Of a stretch of DNA of 64,000 bases, positions 30,341 through 39,506 are shown piece after piece. A model generated the notes under the pieces. The model was not told the DNA's origin. It searched no databases and worked only from the letters and a program-made list of their open reading frames with translations. A program made the position numbers and the translations under genes. Every line of letters starts with the position of its first letter. Positions within the stretch are counted from its first letter, which is position 1. Origin of the DNA: an uncultured delta proteobacterium (GTDB lineage: Bacteria > Desulfobacterota > Desulfobacteria > Desulfobacterales > JAFDCJ01); contig CAVYNY010000013.1 of assembly GCA_963769935.1 (NCBI GenBank), positions 288,001 through 352,000 of the forward strand. The letters run 5' to 3'.

Positions 30341-32212
30341 ACGGATAAAATATCTCCTACCAATTGGCAGTCGGCGGTCGTTAAACCGGAAACGGTGATC
30401 GAGAAAATCAAGCCCGGCATGAGTATTTTTCTGGGCACGGCGGTGGCCGAACCGCGCACCATGGTCCGGCATCTGATGACGTCGGCCGCCGGAAACCTGG
30501 AAGATCTCGAATTGATCCAACTGGTCAGCGTCGGCGAGGCCGTTTCACTGCAGAGCCTCCAATCCCAGAATTTTCGCCTGAAAACATTCTTTGCCGGTTG
30601 GGTGGCCGATGAAGCCATCGAACAGGGGCGGGTGGATCTGATCCCCAGTCGATTTGTAAAAATCCGCCAGTTGTTTGAATCGCTCTTGAGGCCGGTTGAC
30701 GTAGCCGTCGTTCAGATTACTCCGCCGAATGAGGCCGGGTTCTGCAGTTTTGGGATAGCGGTCGATGTCGCCCGGGAAGCCTTGGAGCAGGCCGCCATCC
30801 GGGTCGGTGAAATCAACACCCAAATCCCCAGAACGCTGGGCGACACGTTTGTGAAGGCCAGCGTATTTGATTTTCTGGTGCAGTCCACCGAGCCGCCGAT
30901 TTATTTCGAACGCTGGGAAGTGGACGAAGTCTGGGATCAGGTCGCGGGGCATGTGGCCTCGCTGATAGAGGACGGAAGCTGCTTGGCATTTTCAATCGGC
31001 CCGCTCTACGAAGCCCTCGCCCGCCGCCTGACGGACAAGCGCCATCTTGGCATCCACTCGCCCATTTTCACCGACTCTTTAATGGATTTGATGGAAATCG
31101 GTGCGGTCACCAACCGCCGCAAGGAAAACTTTCGCGGCAAAGCGTTGACTTCCTATGCCTTTGGAACCGAAAAACTGATGCAGTGGTTGGACAACAATCC
31201 CCTGGTTGAATTTCAGCGGGTCAGCCGCGTGTTCAACCCGGTCATCATCGGCAGCAATCCGCGCTTTGTCACGGTGGTGGCAGCCCGAAAAGTGGATTTG
31301 CGCGGCCGCATCGGACTTTACACCGGCAAGGGCAACGTGGCCTCCGGACCGGCTGAAGTAATGGATTTCCTAAACGGGGCCGAACTTTCGGAAGGCGGAC
31401 GTTCCATCTTTGCCCTGACCAGCCGGGACCCCGCCGGAAACCCTAATATTCTGCTGTCGATCGCCGATTGGCCCAACCAGTTCGGTGCTTTCGAATCCGT
31501 GGGGGCGGTCGTTACCGAATACGGCATCGCTTATCTTGAAGGACGTACACTCCGCGAACGGGCCCAGGCCCTCATCGACATCGCCCATCCGGAGGACCGG
31601 GCCGCTCTGGTTCAGGCCGCCAAAGACAAAAAGATTTTGTACCACGATCAAATCTTTATCGCCGCAAGCGCCAGCCTTTACCCGGCCGACATCAAAGCGA
31701 CCCAAACCGTCAAAGAAGATCTCAACATCAGGTACAGAGCCATCCGCCCCTCGGATGAAGAGGGCATGCGCACCCTCTTTTATCGGCTGCCGGATGAAGC
31801 CGTTTACTCCCGCTATCTCCAGTCCATCAGAAGCATGCCGCATCTAAAAACGCAGCAATACGTCAATGTGGACTGGAACCAGATCGTGTCCATTGTCGGC
31901 CTGGTCGGCGAAGAAGGCCGGGGCCGCATTATTGCCGAGGCGCGCTTTATCCGGATACCGGGCCACCCGCTGGCCGAGGTGGGTTTCGTAGTCGACGAGC
32001 AGTATCAACGCCTCGGTATTGCCTCGTTTATGTACAAAATGCTGATCCGGCTGGCCAAAGAGCGTGGAATCAGGGGATTTACGGCGGATGTTTTATTTTC
32101 CAACACCGGCATGATGAAGGTTTTCCGCAAAGGCGATCTGGCGGTCGAGGCGCATCTGGAGAGCGGCGTCTATCATCTGGAGATCCCTTTTGACAAGCTG
32201 AATAAAGTGTGA
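30341..32212 (+). CDS. Acetyl-CoA hydrolase/CoA-transferase domain fused to a C-terminal GNAT acetyltransferase
   Basis: GRVDLIPSR, LGIHS, GGRSIFAL, VVTEYGIAYL, ERAQALI.IAHP; GNAT AEVGFVVDEQYQRLGIA; GGAGG precedes in-frame ACG at 30341, first standard start at 30395. Confidence 0.88.
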   Translation, partial: TDKISPTNWQSAVVKPETVIEKIKPGMSIFLGTAVAEPRTMVRHLMTSAAGNLEDLELIQLVSVGEAVSLQSLQSQNFRLKTFFAGWVADEAIEQGRVDLIPSRFVKIRQLFESLLRPVDVAVVQITPPNEAGFCSFGIAVDVAREALEQAAIRVGEINTQIPRTLGDTFVKASVFDFLVQSTEPPIYFERWEVDEVWDQVAGHVASLIEDGSCLAFSIGPLYEALARRLTDKRHLGIHSPIFTDSLMDLMEIGAVTNRRKENFRGKALTSYAFGTEKLMQWLDNNPLVEFQRVSRVFNPVIIGSNPRFVTVVAARKVDLRGRIGLYTGKGNVASGPAEVMDFLNGAELSEGGRSIFALTSRDPAGNPNILLSIADWPNQFGAFESVGAVVTEYGIAYLEGRTLRERAQALIDIAHPEDRAALVQAAKDKKILYHDQIFIAASASLYPADIKATQTVKEDLNIRYRAIRPSDEEGMRTLFYRLPDEAVYSRYLQSIRSMPHLKTQQYVNVDWNQIVSIVGLVGEEGRGRIIAEARFIRIPGHPLAEVGFVVDEQYQRLGIASFMYKMLIRLAKERGIRGFTADVLFSNTGMMKVFRKGDLAVEAHLESGVYHLEIPFDKLNKV

Positions 32213-32300
32213 CAGAAATTATGGATATGTTACCGGTTCAGGCTACGCTTAAGTACTACGCACGTTTTGAGCATATCAAGGATGAGCGGCAACGAATCTA

Positions 32301-32489
32301 TACTGGCTTTTCGATCTTGCCGTGGATATCGGCGAAAAGACCAACCTTGCCGATCTAAATATGGAAGTCTGCCAAAGGTTAAAAAATGAACATGATCAAT
32401 GGAATGCTAAAATGATGCCACCGCTGTGGGAGCCCCGCGGTAGCATTCCTTTTAAACTCGATGGAGTTAATTTGAAATGGCATTATTAG
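32301..32489 (+). pseudogene. C-terminal remnant of a sulfatase
   Basis: YWLFDLAVDIGEKTNLAD...RLKNEHDQWNAKMMPPLW*. Confidence 0.65.
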
Positions 32490-32541
32490 CAACTGCCTGT
32501 TTTGATTTAGACACATTATCGGCGATGTGGCAAATAGCTAT

Positions 32542-32874
32542 TTATCTCAATCCGCGAATAAAATCTCCCACTGCTTCAATCCCATTTTCTTCCATTACCC
32601 GGATGGTCTGTGAGCCGATGATCTCGGCTCCGGCATCCTCATAGATTCTGCCGATTGCAATCGGATCGCTCTTTGGGCGAATGCGGCCCGCCGAGGGAGA
32701 AGCAAACTTGATCTCGGCTATCAGATTGATCTGGTCGGGTGCCGATACGGCCGCCTTGAAATCACGACGCCCCGGCAAGCTATGCTCGCTAAAATCGGGC
32801 ATCGCTTTTTTCAGCCGCGCAACTTCCTTTTTCTTCTCTGCGATTATTTCCGCCAATTTCTGGTGCATCGCCAA
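32542..32874 (-). pseudogene. trpC: trpC N-terminus fused in frame to a TrpA-like C-terminal tail (deletion product)
   Basis: LAEIIAEKKKEV, LIAEIKFASPSAG, YEDAGA then IIGSQTIRVMEENGIEAVGDFIRGLR*. Confidence 0.8.
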
Positions 32875-32941
32875 TGTCCCTTGACCGTAGTCGAATCATT
32901 AAATTTATATTTTCATTCACATTGGTGCCAATTTGGGATCC

Positions 32942-33046
32942 ATACTGGATGCTGGATACTCGATACTTGATATTCGGTAATGCACCTAGAATGAAATCCA
33001 GAAACCTCCATCATCCAGCATCCAATATTCAGTATCCAGTATCCAA
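32942..33046. repeat. Element with inverted heptamer arms (ATACTGG...TATCCAG)
   Basis: atactgg atgctgg atactcg atacttg atattcg; catccag catccaa tattcag tatccag tatccaa. Confidence 0.85.
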
Positions 33047-33055
33047 TAACTACCG

Positions 33056-33823
33056 TCACAGCACCTTCCTGATATAGGGCGTACACTGCTGGGTGAATTC
33101 AATCAGGTTATCAAGTTTTTTTCGCGCTTTCCCGGAATCTATGGCATCCACGGCGATCTCGATGCCGTCGCTGAAATTATCGCACACACCGGAGGCCACA
33201 AAGGCGGCCGACGCATTCAGCAGGACCATGTTGCGCTTGGGGCCCTTTTCGCCGTTCAAAATGCTGCGAATGCCGATTTCCCGGCGCGGTCCGGCGGCGA
33301 ATTTCATGGCACCGTGAAACAGAGGGGCGTAAAGAAACCCGATGCCGATTTCGTTGATGCAATTCTGCACATCGGAAGTGGTAAGGTCCAATTTTACATC
33401 CAGGCTTTCAAGTACGTCGGCGCTGCCGCATAGACTGGAAACGGCCCGGGTGCCGTGCTTGGCCACCTTGATACCGCCGCCGGCCGCCACAAATGCCGTC
33501 GTCGTGGAAACGTTAAAAGTCCGGGTGCCGTCGCCGCCGGTTCCCACAATATCGAAGATGGTCTCCGCTTCGATATTGATTTCGTCCCGGTCGATGTTGA
33601 CCGCATGATTGTTAATATTGATTTTGTTGGCTCGGGCGCGCATGGTCCGGGCCGCGCCGGCAATCTCATCCACGGTTTCGCCCTTAAGCCTCAAGGCCGT
33701 AATGAAGGCCCCGATCTGACCGGCTGTGGCGGTTCCGGTCATAATCTCATCCATGGCGGCTGCCATTTCTTTTTCGGTAAGATTTTCACCTCGGACGACT
33801 TTTGCAATCAGTTGCTTAATCAT
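33056..33823 (-). pseudogene. trpD: Anthranilate phosphoribosyltransferase with an in-frame internal deletion
   Basis: GTGGDG..TFNVST; KHGTR (normally KHGNR); REIGIRSI joins LNGEKGP directly, and the FN.LGPL.NP and DG.DE segments are missing. Confidence 0.88.
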
Positions 33824-33849
33824 TTTGCTTCCCTCCTTGTAAGGAAAAA

Positions 33850-33990
33850 TTATGAATAAGAATCGTCTCTCAGTTTCAAATAGGCGGAGACCGGCGTTTC
33901 CGTATCCGCCAGGAACTCCCGGTAGACGGGTATCAGGTTGCCCTGGCGGGCCATTTTCTTAAATTCTGCCAATGAGGGTTTTATTTTCAA
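33850..33990 (-). pseudogene. trpE: N-terminal 46-codon stub of anthranilate synthase component I
   Basis: [46 protein letters not shown]. Confidence 0.85.
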
Positions 33991-34006
33991 TTTTCCGCTC
34001 CCCAAG

Positions 34007-34090
34007 AAAAAGGCCGTGAAACTCAGGGTCCCACGGCCTTAGAAATTGCGATAAAAAAACCGCGGGACCTTTGGAGGTGCCCACGGTTTA
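34007..34090 (-). terminator. Two tandem intrinsic-terminator hairpins of the trp attenuator
   Basis: AAACCGTGGG-loop-CCCGCGGTTTTTTT and AAGGCCGTGGGAC-CCTGA-GTTTCACGGCCTTTTT on the minus strand. Confidence 0.8.
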
Positions 34091-34113
34091 AAAGTTTTTT
34101 AAGTCATATGCGT

Positions 34114-34203
34114 CTATCTTGACAGGCTCACCTCCAGGTAGAAGTTGAGCCACCACCAGTTGCATAGACAATTTTTAAAGGTATTTTTGTTTCCGTAATT
34201 CAG
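34114..34203 (-). CDS. trpL: trp leader peptide with three tandem Trp codons (start uncertain, CTG)
   Basis: LNYGNKNTFKNCLCNWWWLNFYLEVSLSR*; TGG TGG TGG at 34150-34158, between promoter and hairpins. Confidence 0.7.
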   Translation of the reverse strand: MNYGNKNTFKNCLCNWWWLNFYLEVSLSR

Positions 34204-34210
34204 GGCCGAC

Positions 34211-34239
34211 ACTTTAGTGACCGTGAAACTCTCTGTCAA
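34211..34239 (-). promoter_or_regulatory. Sigma-70 promoter of the trp operon
   Basis: TTGACA, 17 bp, TAAAGT. Confidence 0.7.
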
Positions 34240-34509
34240 GGAAAAAATTATCCGGTAAAGCTTATCTGGTAAATCATTTATTATTTTCGCCTGCCCTTGT
34301 TTCCCGGATCCTAATTCATCCGCGCTAAAAAATATTCTACTAAGGGAATTTGCTTTTATTTTTTGACGATTTGCGCTATTGAAAAAATTTTTGAACAAAA
34401 TACCCAGATTTTAAGGATAACATCTCTGGGCAAAAAATAGTTGAGCCATCAACTTTTAATCATCTTGTCAGCCCGTCAACGGGTCAACCACGCCCAATAG
34501 AGGGAGACC

Positions 34510-35259
34510 ATGCGCAACTATCCTGAGAAACTCGAAAAAGTCTATTATTTCGGCACCTGCCTGGCAGATATGTTTTATCCGCAAGCCGGCCTGGCAGGCA
34601 TCAAGCTGATCCAGCGGCAGGGAGTCAAGGTTATTTTTCCGCCCCAACAAACCTGCTGCGGGCAGCCGGCCTACAACTCCGGATTTCCGGCTGAAGCCAG
34701 GGCTGTGGCCCGCAAACAGATCGATCTGTTTTATAAAGACTATCCGATCGTGGTTCCTTCCGGATCCTGCGCGGGTATGATGCGGCACCACTACCCCAAA
34801 TTGTTTGAAAACGATCCCGCCATCGATCAGGTTAAAGATTTTTCAGCCAGAATCTTTGAACTGTCGGAATTTCTGGTCAAGGCGTTGAACATCAAACTGG
34901 AAGACCGCGGCGAACCCATCAAGGTAACCTGGCATTCGTCCTGCCATGCCATGCGCGAAATGAAGGTCACCGAAGATTCCAAGGCATTGATCCGTCAATT
35001 GAAAAATGTGGAACTGGTTGATCTGGAAAACGAATACGAATGCTGCGGTTTCGGAGGGACTTTTGCCGTAAAGCAGCCGCAGCTGTCAGACGTTATGGTC
35101 AATGATAAAGTGGATTATATCCGGCAAACCGGTGCCGCACGGGTTTTATCAGGGGACTGCGGCTGTCTGATGAATATCACCGGCGCCATGAATTACCGGA
35201 ACATACCGATTACCGGTCAGCATCTGGCCGAATTTATATGGGAGAGAATTAATGGCTAA
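34510..35259 (+). CDS. lutA: Lactate utilization protein A (CCG-domain Fe-S protein)
   Basis: QTCCGQPAYNSG, PSGSCAGM, HSSCH, ECCGFGGTF, DCGCLMNI. Confidence 0.92.
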   Translation: MRNYPEKLEKVYYFGTCLADMFYPQAGLAGIKLIQRQGVKVIFPPQQTCCGQPAYNSGFPAEARAVARKQIDLFYKDYPIVVPSGSCAGMMRHHYPKLFENDPAIDQVKDFSARIFELSEFLVKALNIKLEDRGEPIKVTWHSSCHAMREMKVTEDSKALIRQLKNVELVDLENEYECCGFGGTFAVKQPQLSDVMVNDKVDYIRQTGAARVLSGDCGCLMNITGAMNYRNIPITGQHLAEFIWERING

Positions 35260-36682
35260 CCATCAACCGCTTGATTTCGAAAAGAATGTTGCCCAGGCAT
35301 TAAATGACCCGCAGTTAAGGCAAAATTTCAAATTCGCCATGGGTAACTTTATTCTGAAACGCAAAGCTATTTTCCCGGATGAGGCTGAAACCGAACAGCT
35401 AAGAACCCTGGGAAACGCTATCAAACAGCGCGCTCTGAGCAGGCTGCCGGAGCTGCTGCAACAGCTTGAAGAAAAATGCACCCGCAACGGCATCCAGGTC
35501 CATTGGGCCGAAACCACGGCCGAAGCCAACCAGTACGTGCTGGAGATTATGCAGGCCCACCAGGCCACCCTGCTGGTAAAGGGCAAATCCATGGTTTCCG
35601 AAGAAATGCACCTGAATAAGTTTTTGCAAGGCCACGGCATCGAGGCCCTGGAAACCGATCTGGGCGAATTCATCGTTCAGCTGAACAACGAAACGCCGTC
35701 GCACATCATTGTCCCTGCAATTCATAAAAACAAGGATCAAATTGCCCGAATTATGCATGAAAATATTCCGGACACGCCCTACACGGAAGATGTGCAGGAG
35801 CTCAATGCCATCGCCCGCCGGACCTTGCGGCAGAAGTTTTTCAAAGCCGGCGTGGGCTTAAGCGGCGTCAATCTGGCCGTGGCCGAAACCGGGACCCTGT
35901 GCCTGGTCGAAAATGAGGGCAACGGCCGCATGTGCACCACCGTACCTCCGGTGCATATTGCCCTCATGGGCCTGGAAAAGGTCATCGAAAAGCTGGTGGA
36001 AGTGCCCCCCATGCTGCGTCTGCTGATCGGGTCCGCCACCGGCCAGCTGATCACCACCTATGTCAACATGATCACATCACCGCGCAAAGCAGGTGAAAAA
36101 GACGGCCCCCGGGAGGTGCATTTGATCATCCTGGACAACGGCCGTTCGAAAATTTATGCCGACGTCCAGCGGCGCCAGACCCTGCAGTGCATCCGCTGCG
36201 GCACCTGTCTCAACCACTGTCCGGTGTACACCCGCATCGGCGGCCATGCCTACGGCTATATTTATCCCGGTCCTATCGGCAAAATTCTAAACCCCCAGGT
36301 AGAAGGGCTGAAAATCGCCGGAGTGCTGGCCACCGCCTCCAGCCTGTGCAATGCCTGCGAGGAGGTCTGTCCCGTAAAAATCCCCATCCCGGATCTGTTG
36401 CGCCGGATACGCAACGAAATTTATTCCCGTGATTCCAGCGCCACGATAGAAGGACACGGATATAAAAGCAAAGGTGTCGAGCGTCTGATCTGGAAGGCAT
36501 GGGCCGTCATGAACACCCATCCGCAGATCAATGCCGCCGGTCAAAAGGTAATGGGAACGTTAAAGGCGAAACTGCCGAGAATCGGCCCTCTCAAGCAGTG
36601 GAGCCGTCACCGCGCGCCCCTTGAATTAGCCCCCAAAAGTCTGCATGAATTGGTTAAAGAAAACGGAGTCGATGATGAGTGA
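35252..36682 (+). CDS. lutB: Lactate utilization protein B (Fe-S)
   Basis: KGKSMVSEE, ETDLGEFIVQL, ENEGNGR, CIRCGTCLNHCP, CNACEEVCP. Confidence 0.93.
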   Translation: MANHQPLDFEKNVAQALNDPQLRQNFKFAMGNFILKRKAIFPDEAETEQLRTLGNAIKQRALSRLPELLQQLEEKCTRNGIQVHWAETTAEANQYVLEIMQAHQATLLVKGKSMVSEEMHLNKFLQGHGIEALETDLGEFIVQLNNETPSHIIVPAIHKNKDQIARIMHENIPDTPYTEDVQELNAIARRTLRQKFFKAGVGLSGVNLAVAETGTLCLVENEGNGRMCTTVPPVHIALMGLEKVIEKLVEVPPMLRLLIGSATGQLITTYVNMITSPRKAGEKDGPREVHLIILDNGRSKIYADVQRRQTLQCIRCGTCLNHCPVYTRIGGHAYGYIYPGPIGKILNPQVEGLKIAGVLATASSLCNACEEVCPVKIPIPDLLRRIRNEIYSRDSSATIEGHGYKSKGVERLIWKAWAVMNTHPQINAAGQKVMGTLKAKLPRIGPLKQWSRHRAPLELAPKSLHELVKENGVDDE

Positions 36683-37343
36683 GAAAGCACGTGAACGAAT
36701 TTTTGCCAGGCTGTCTGCCGCCAACCGGCAGCCCTTGGAAGACGGACCGCAGGCGGCCGACTTGCCTGTCAAAATTTACAGCCGGCAGGAAAAAATTGAA
36801 AACCTGAAAAGGTTGATGGAGGCCATGCGGACCGAAGTCCACGTCACGGATGCCGCCCATTGGATTGACAAACTCGAAGAAGTATTGAAGATCCGCAACG
36901 TAAAAACGCTGCTTTACGGGCCCCGCAGTGAAATCGGGGCTTCCCTGCAGCAACGCTTCCAGGCGGCCGGCGACGGCCGGCCGGAACTTATTCCCTACGA
37001 CCGGGAAATCGAGCATCTAAAGAAGACGGTTTTCAACGTCGATGCCGGTATCACCTCCACCTACGGCGCCATCGCCGAAATCGGTGCGTTGATTTTGTGG
37101 TCTTCCCCCGATGAACCGCGCCAGATGTCATTGGTCCCGCCCATTCATGTTGCCGTGCTTAAGGCCGACAATATCTATAATACGTTTATGGAAGTCATGC
37201 AGAAAGAAAATTGGGCCGGCGGTATGCCCACCAATGCATTTTTGATATCCGGCCCCTCAAAAACCGCGGACATCGAATTGACCCTGGCCTTCGGCGTGCA
37301 TGGACCCAAGGAGTTGATTGTATTGATTGTGGACGGCGAATAA
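36672..37343 (+). CDS. lutC: Lactate utilization protein C
   Basis: SLVPPIHVA, ISGPSKTADIELTLAFGVHGP. Confidence 0.92.
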   Translation: MMSEKARERIFARLSAANRQPLEDGPQAADLPVKIYSRQEKIENLKRLMEAMRTEVHVTDAAHWIDKLEEVLKIRNVKTLLYGPRSEIGASLQQRFQAAGDGRPELIPYDREIEHLKKTVFNVDAGITSTYGAIAEIGALILWSSPDEPRQMSLVPPIHVAVLKADNIYNTFMEVMQKENWAGGMPTNAFLISGPSKTADIELTLAFGVHGPKELIVLIVDGE

Positions 37344-37363
37344 GCATAGGGCATGGAGAAGGA

Positions 37364-38065
37364 ATGACCGAAGATTCCATCAATTTGGTACTCATCGCAA
37401 AAGATGAAAAGGACCAGGCATTTTATCAAAGCCATCTCTCCCCCTATGAAGACATCGAGTTGGAAGTTTATCCAAGTGTAATGGAATTCAGGAATCAAAG
37501 CCATGGGAAACTATACTCGGGATTTCTGGTGGATATCCGCACGCTCATCAAATCCGCGGGCGGAGAAAAACTGTTTTTTTCACACCTGTTGCAATATTTT
37601 CCGGTAATGCGGGTAACAAAAAAGCCGGGTTCAGACTCGTTCTCCGGTCTGGTGGAAAGTAGAAATTTAGGCCGTCTAAAGGGCAGTGCCCTGCTGGATG
37701 CTTTCGTAACTGATCTCTGTCGCAAAAACCCCCCGCGCGAAGTCCCTTCCGGGAGACAGCAAGGCATTTTCCGCAGTGTTTACGTTTACTATTCGAATAA
37801 TTTTACGAGGGAAAAACCGGAAAGAGGCGTTATTGAAAGTCTTACCGCCAAAAGCTGCTTTTTGGTGACAAATGATGAGATCGCAAAGGGAGCCGGTATC
37901 TGGCTGGTATTTGCCGACATGAGCGATCAAACGCCCATGTGCTGCGAGGTAAAATGGACGAAACACTGGAGGCCCGGCAGCCTGTATCTCCCGGGGCTGA
38001 GCCTGGCATTTGTTGGAATGACGGATGAGCAGGTTGGAGAGCTCGCTAAGTTGTCTAAAACGTGA
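37364..38065 (+). CDS. Hypothetical protein with C-terminal PilZ-like domain
   Basis: CEVKWTKHW..GLSLAF..M C-terminal pattern; RxxxR and DxSxxG motifs degenerate. Confidence 0.55.
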   Translation: MTEDSINLVLIAKDEKDQAFYQSHLSPYEDIELEVYPSVMEFRNQSHGKLYSGFLVDIRTLIKSAGGEKLFFSHLLQYFPVMRVTKKPGSDSFSGLVESRNLGRLKGSALLDAFVTDLCRKNPPREVPSGRQQGIFRSVYVYYSNNFTREKPERGVIESLTAKSCFLVTNDEIAKGAGIWLVFADMSDQTPMCCEVKWTKHWRPGSLYLPGLSLAFVGMTDEQVGELAKLSKT

Positions 38066-38085
38066 CCGGGTTTGAATCGGAAGCG

Positions 38086-39159
38086 TTAAATATCCTGAAA
38101 ATCTTCCGCGATTTTTTCGACTGATTCCATCACATCGACCAGCAAGGCATCCAGCTCTTCCTCCTGGAAACCCAGCGATTCGACGGCATCTTCCTCCATT
38201 TGATACTGCAGATCATCCGGGCCGGTGCCCATGCCGCTCATTTTCGCGAAATAATCTGCCACGTGAAGGAACAGGGCCAATTCGCTGCCGCCCGAACGCG
38301 ATGGACGGTGATGCCATCGGATGGGATGATGAATTGCATCGGGCAGGATCCATTTTTTACATATGTCGGCCGCTATCTCACAGTGGTCGATTCCCAACAG
38401 GTCTTTTTCGGCCTCGAGATAGGTTTGGTCCCCGTCCGCCAGATAGGTATCGAATTCCTCTTTTCTCTGAAGCACATATTCATCCAGGATGATTTTACCC
38501 CCATCATGGATGAGGCCCGCCACAAAGGCGTCATTGGAAAGTTGTGGATTAATCCGATCGGCCAATAACTGGGCGCCAAATCCAACAGCCAGGGAATGCC
38601 GCCACAAATCACCGGAATCCATGCCGTAGCCGGACAGCTCTTGGCCCATTAAACCTGAAACGCCGGCCATGGTAATGACCTCACTCAGGGTTTTCTGGCC
38701 CAACAACACCGCGGCATGCTGGACGGTCGAGATTTTGCCGCTCAAACCATAATAGGCCGAATTGCTGAGCCGCAGCACCTTTGTGACAATGGACTGATCG
38801 TTTTGCAGCAAATTGACCAGGTCGCTGATTCCCGCAGTCTGATCCGCCATGATCTTGCGGGCTTGCAGCACAATTTGCGGCATCGGCGGCAGGTCTTGCA
38901 GCCTCTCCAATACCATTCTCTTCAAGGCCATCCCGCTCGCCGGCTGCTTGGAATCTCTTGATGGCTTAAGCGGCGGGCTCTTGGGCTTAACCTTGCGTGT
39001 TGGCCCTGATGGTTCCCGATCCGGTGTTGAATCCAATTCGATTCTGATCCGGCCTTTCTGGCAGGACGGGCAGGGAAATGCGATTTGCTTGTCATATTTT
39101 TTCAGCCGCTCGCGGGGGATTTCAAAGACTTTGTGGCATTCGGGGCACTTTACTTTCAT
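38086..39159 (-). CDS. Zinc-ribbon + HDOD domain protein
   Basis: CPEC..CPSC; LPPMP, VLRLSNSAYYG, LWRHSL, GLIHDGGK, DHCEI, WHHRP. Confidence 0.9.
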   Translation of the reverse strand: MKVKCPECHKVFEIPRERLKKYDKQIAFPCPSCQKGRIRIELDSTPDREPSGPTRKVKPKSPPLKPSRDSKQPASGMALKRMVLERLQDLPPMPQIVLQARKIMADQTAGISDLVNLLQNDQSIVTKVLRLSNSAYYGLSGKISTVQHAAVLLGQKTLSEVITMAGVSGLMGQELSGYGMDSGDLWRHSLAVGFGAQLLADRINPQLSNDAFVAGLIHDGGKIILDEYVLQRKEEFDTYLADGDQTYLEAEKDLLGIDHCEIAADICKKWILPDAIHHPIRWHHRPSRSGGSELALFLHVADYFAKMSGMGTGPDDLQYQMEEDAVESLGFQEEELDALLVDVMESVEKIAEDFQDI

Positions 39160-39506
39160 GGATTTTCCTTTTTGCCGATTTTTAAAAATGCTAAATTCCC
39201 TTTGATATGGGCCGGCTGGGGAATCTTGCAACCCCGAGCCCCGCCCGGGGCTTGAAACCCGGAATCGTTCAACATATATTATATAAAGACTACCCCGACC
39301 TGCAAAAAACATCAAGCAGTTTGTACAACCGTTTGTAATCAGGCGTATTTTTATCATTCAAAGTTTCGATCCGGTTGACAATCTCTGCGGCATCAAGTAG
39401 TAAAGGACCCCTCCCCCCGGGACCCGGCCTTGATTTTGTCCTCGTGGGGTGCCGCTTTTTTTTAAAGATTAAACTGAACACGGAATTTGATTTTTATCGG
39501 GAAAAA

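Noticed and set aside
34000..34240. T-box riboswitch upstream of trpE
   Set aside because: No GGTGG.ACC T-box motif; Trp codons plus terminators fit peptide attenuation
34204..34398. Long version of the 94-aa ORF
   Set aside because: Runs through the promoter; only the 3' WWW part is plausible
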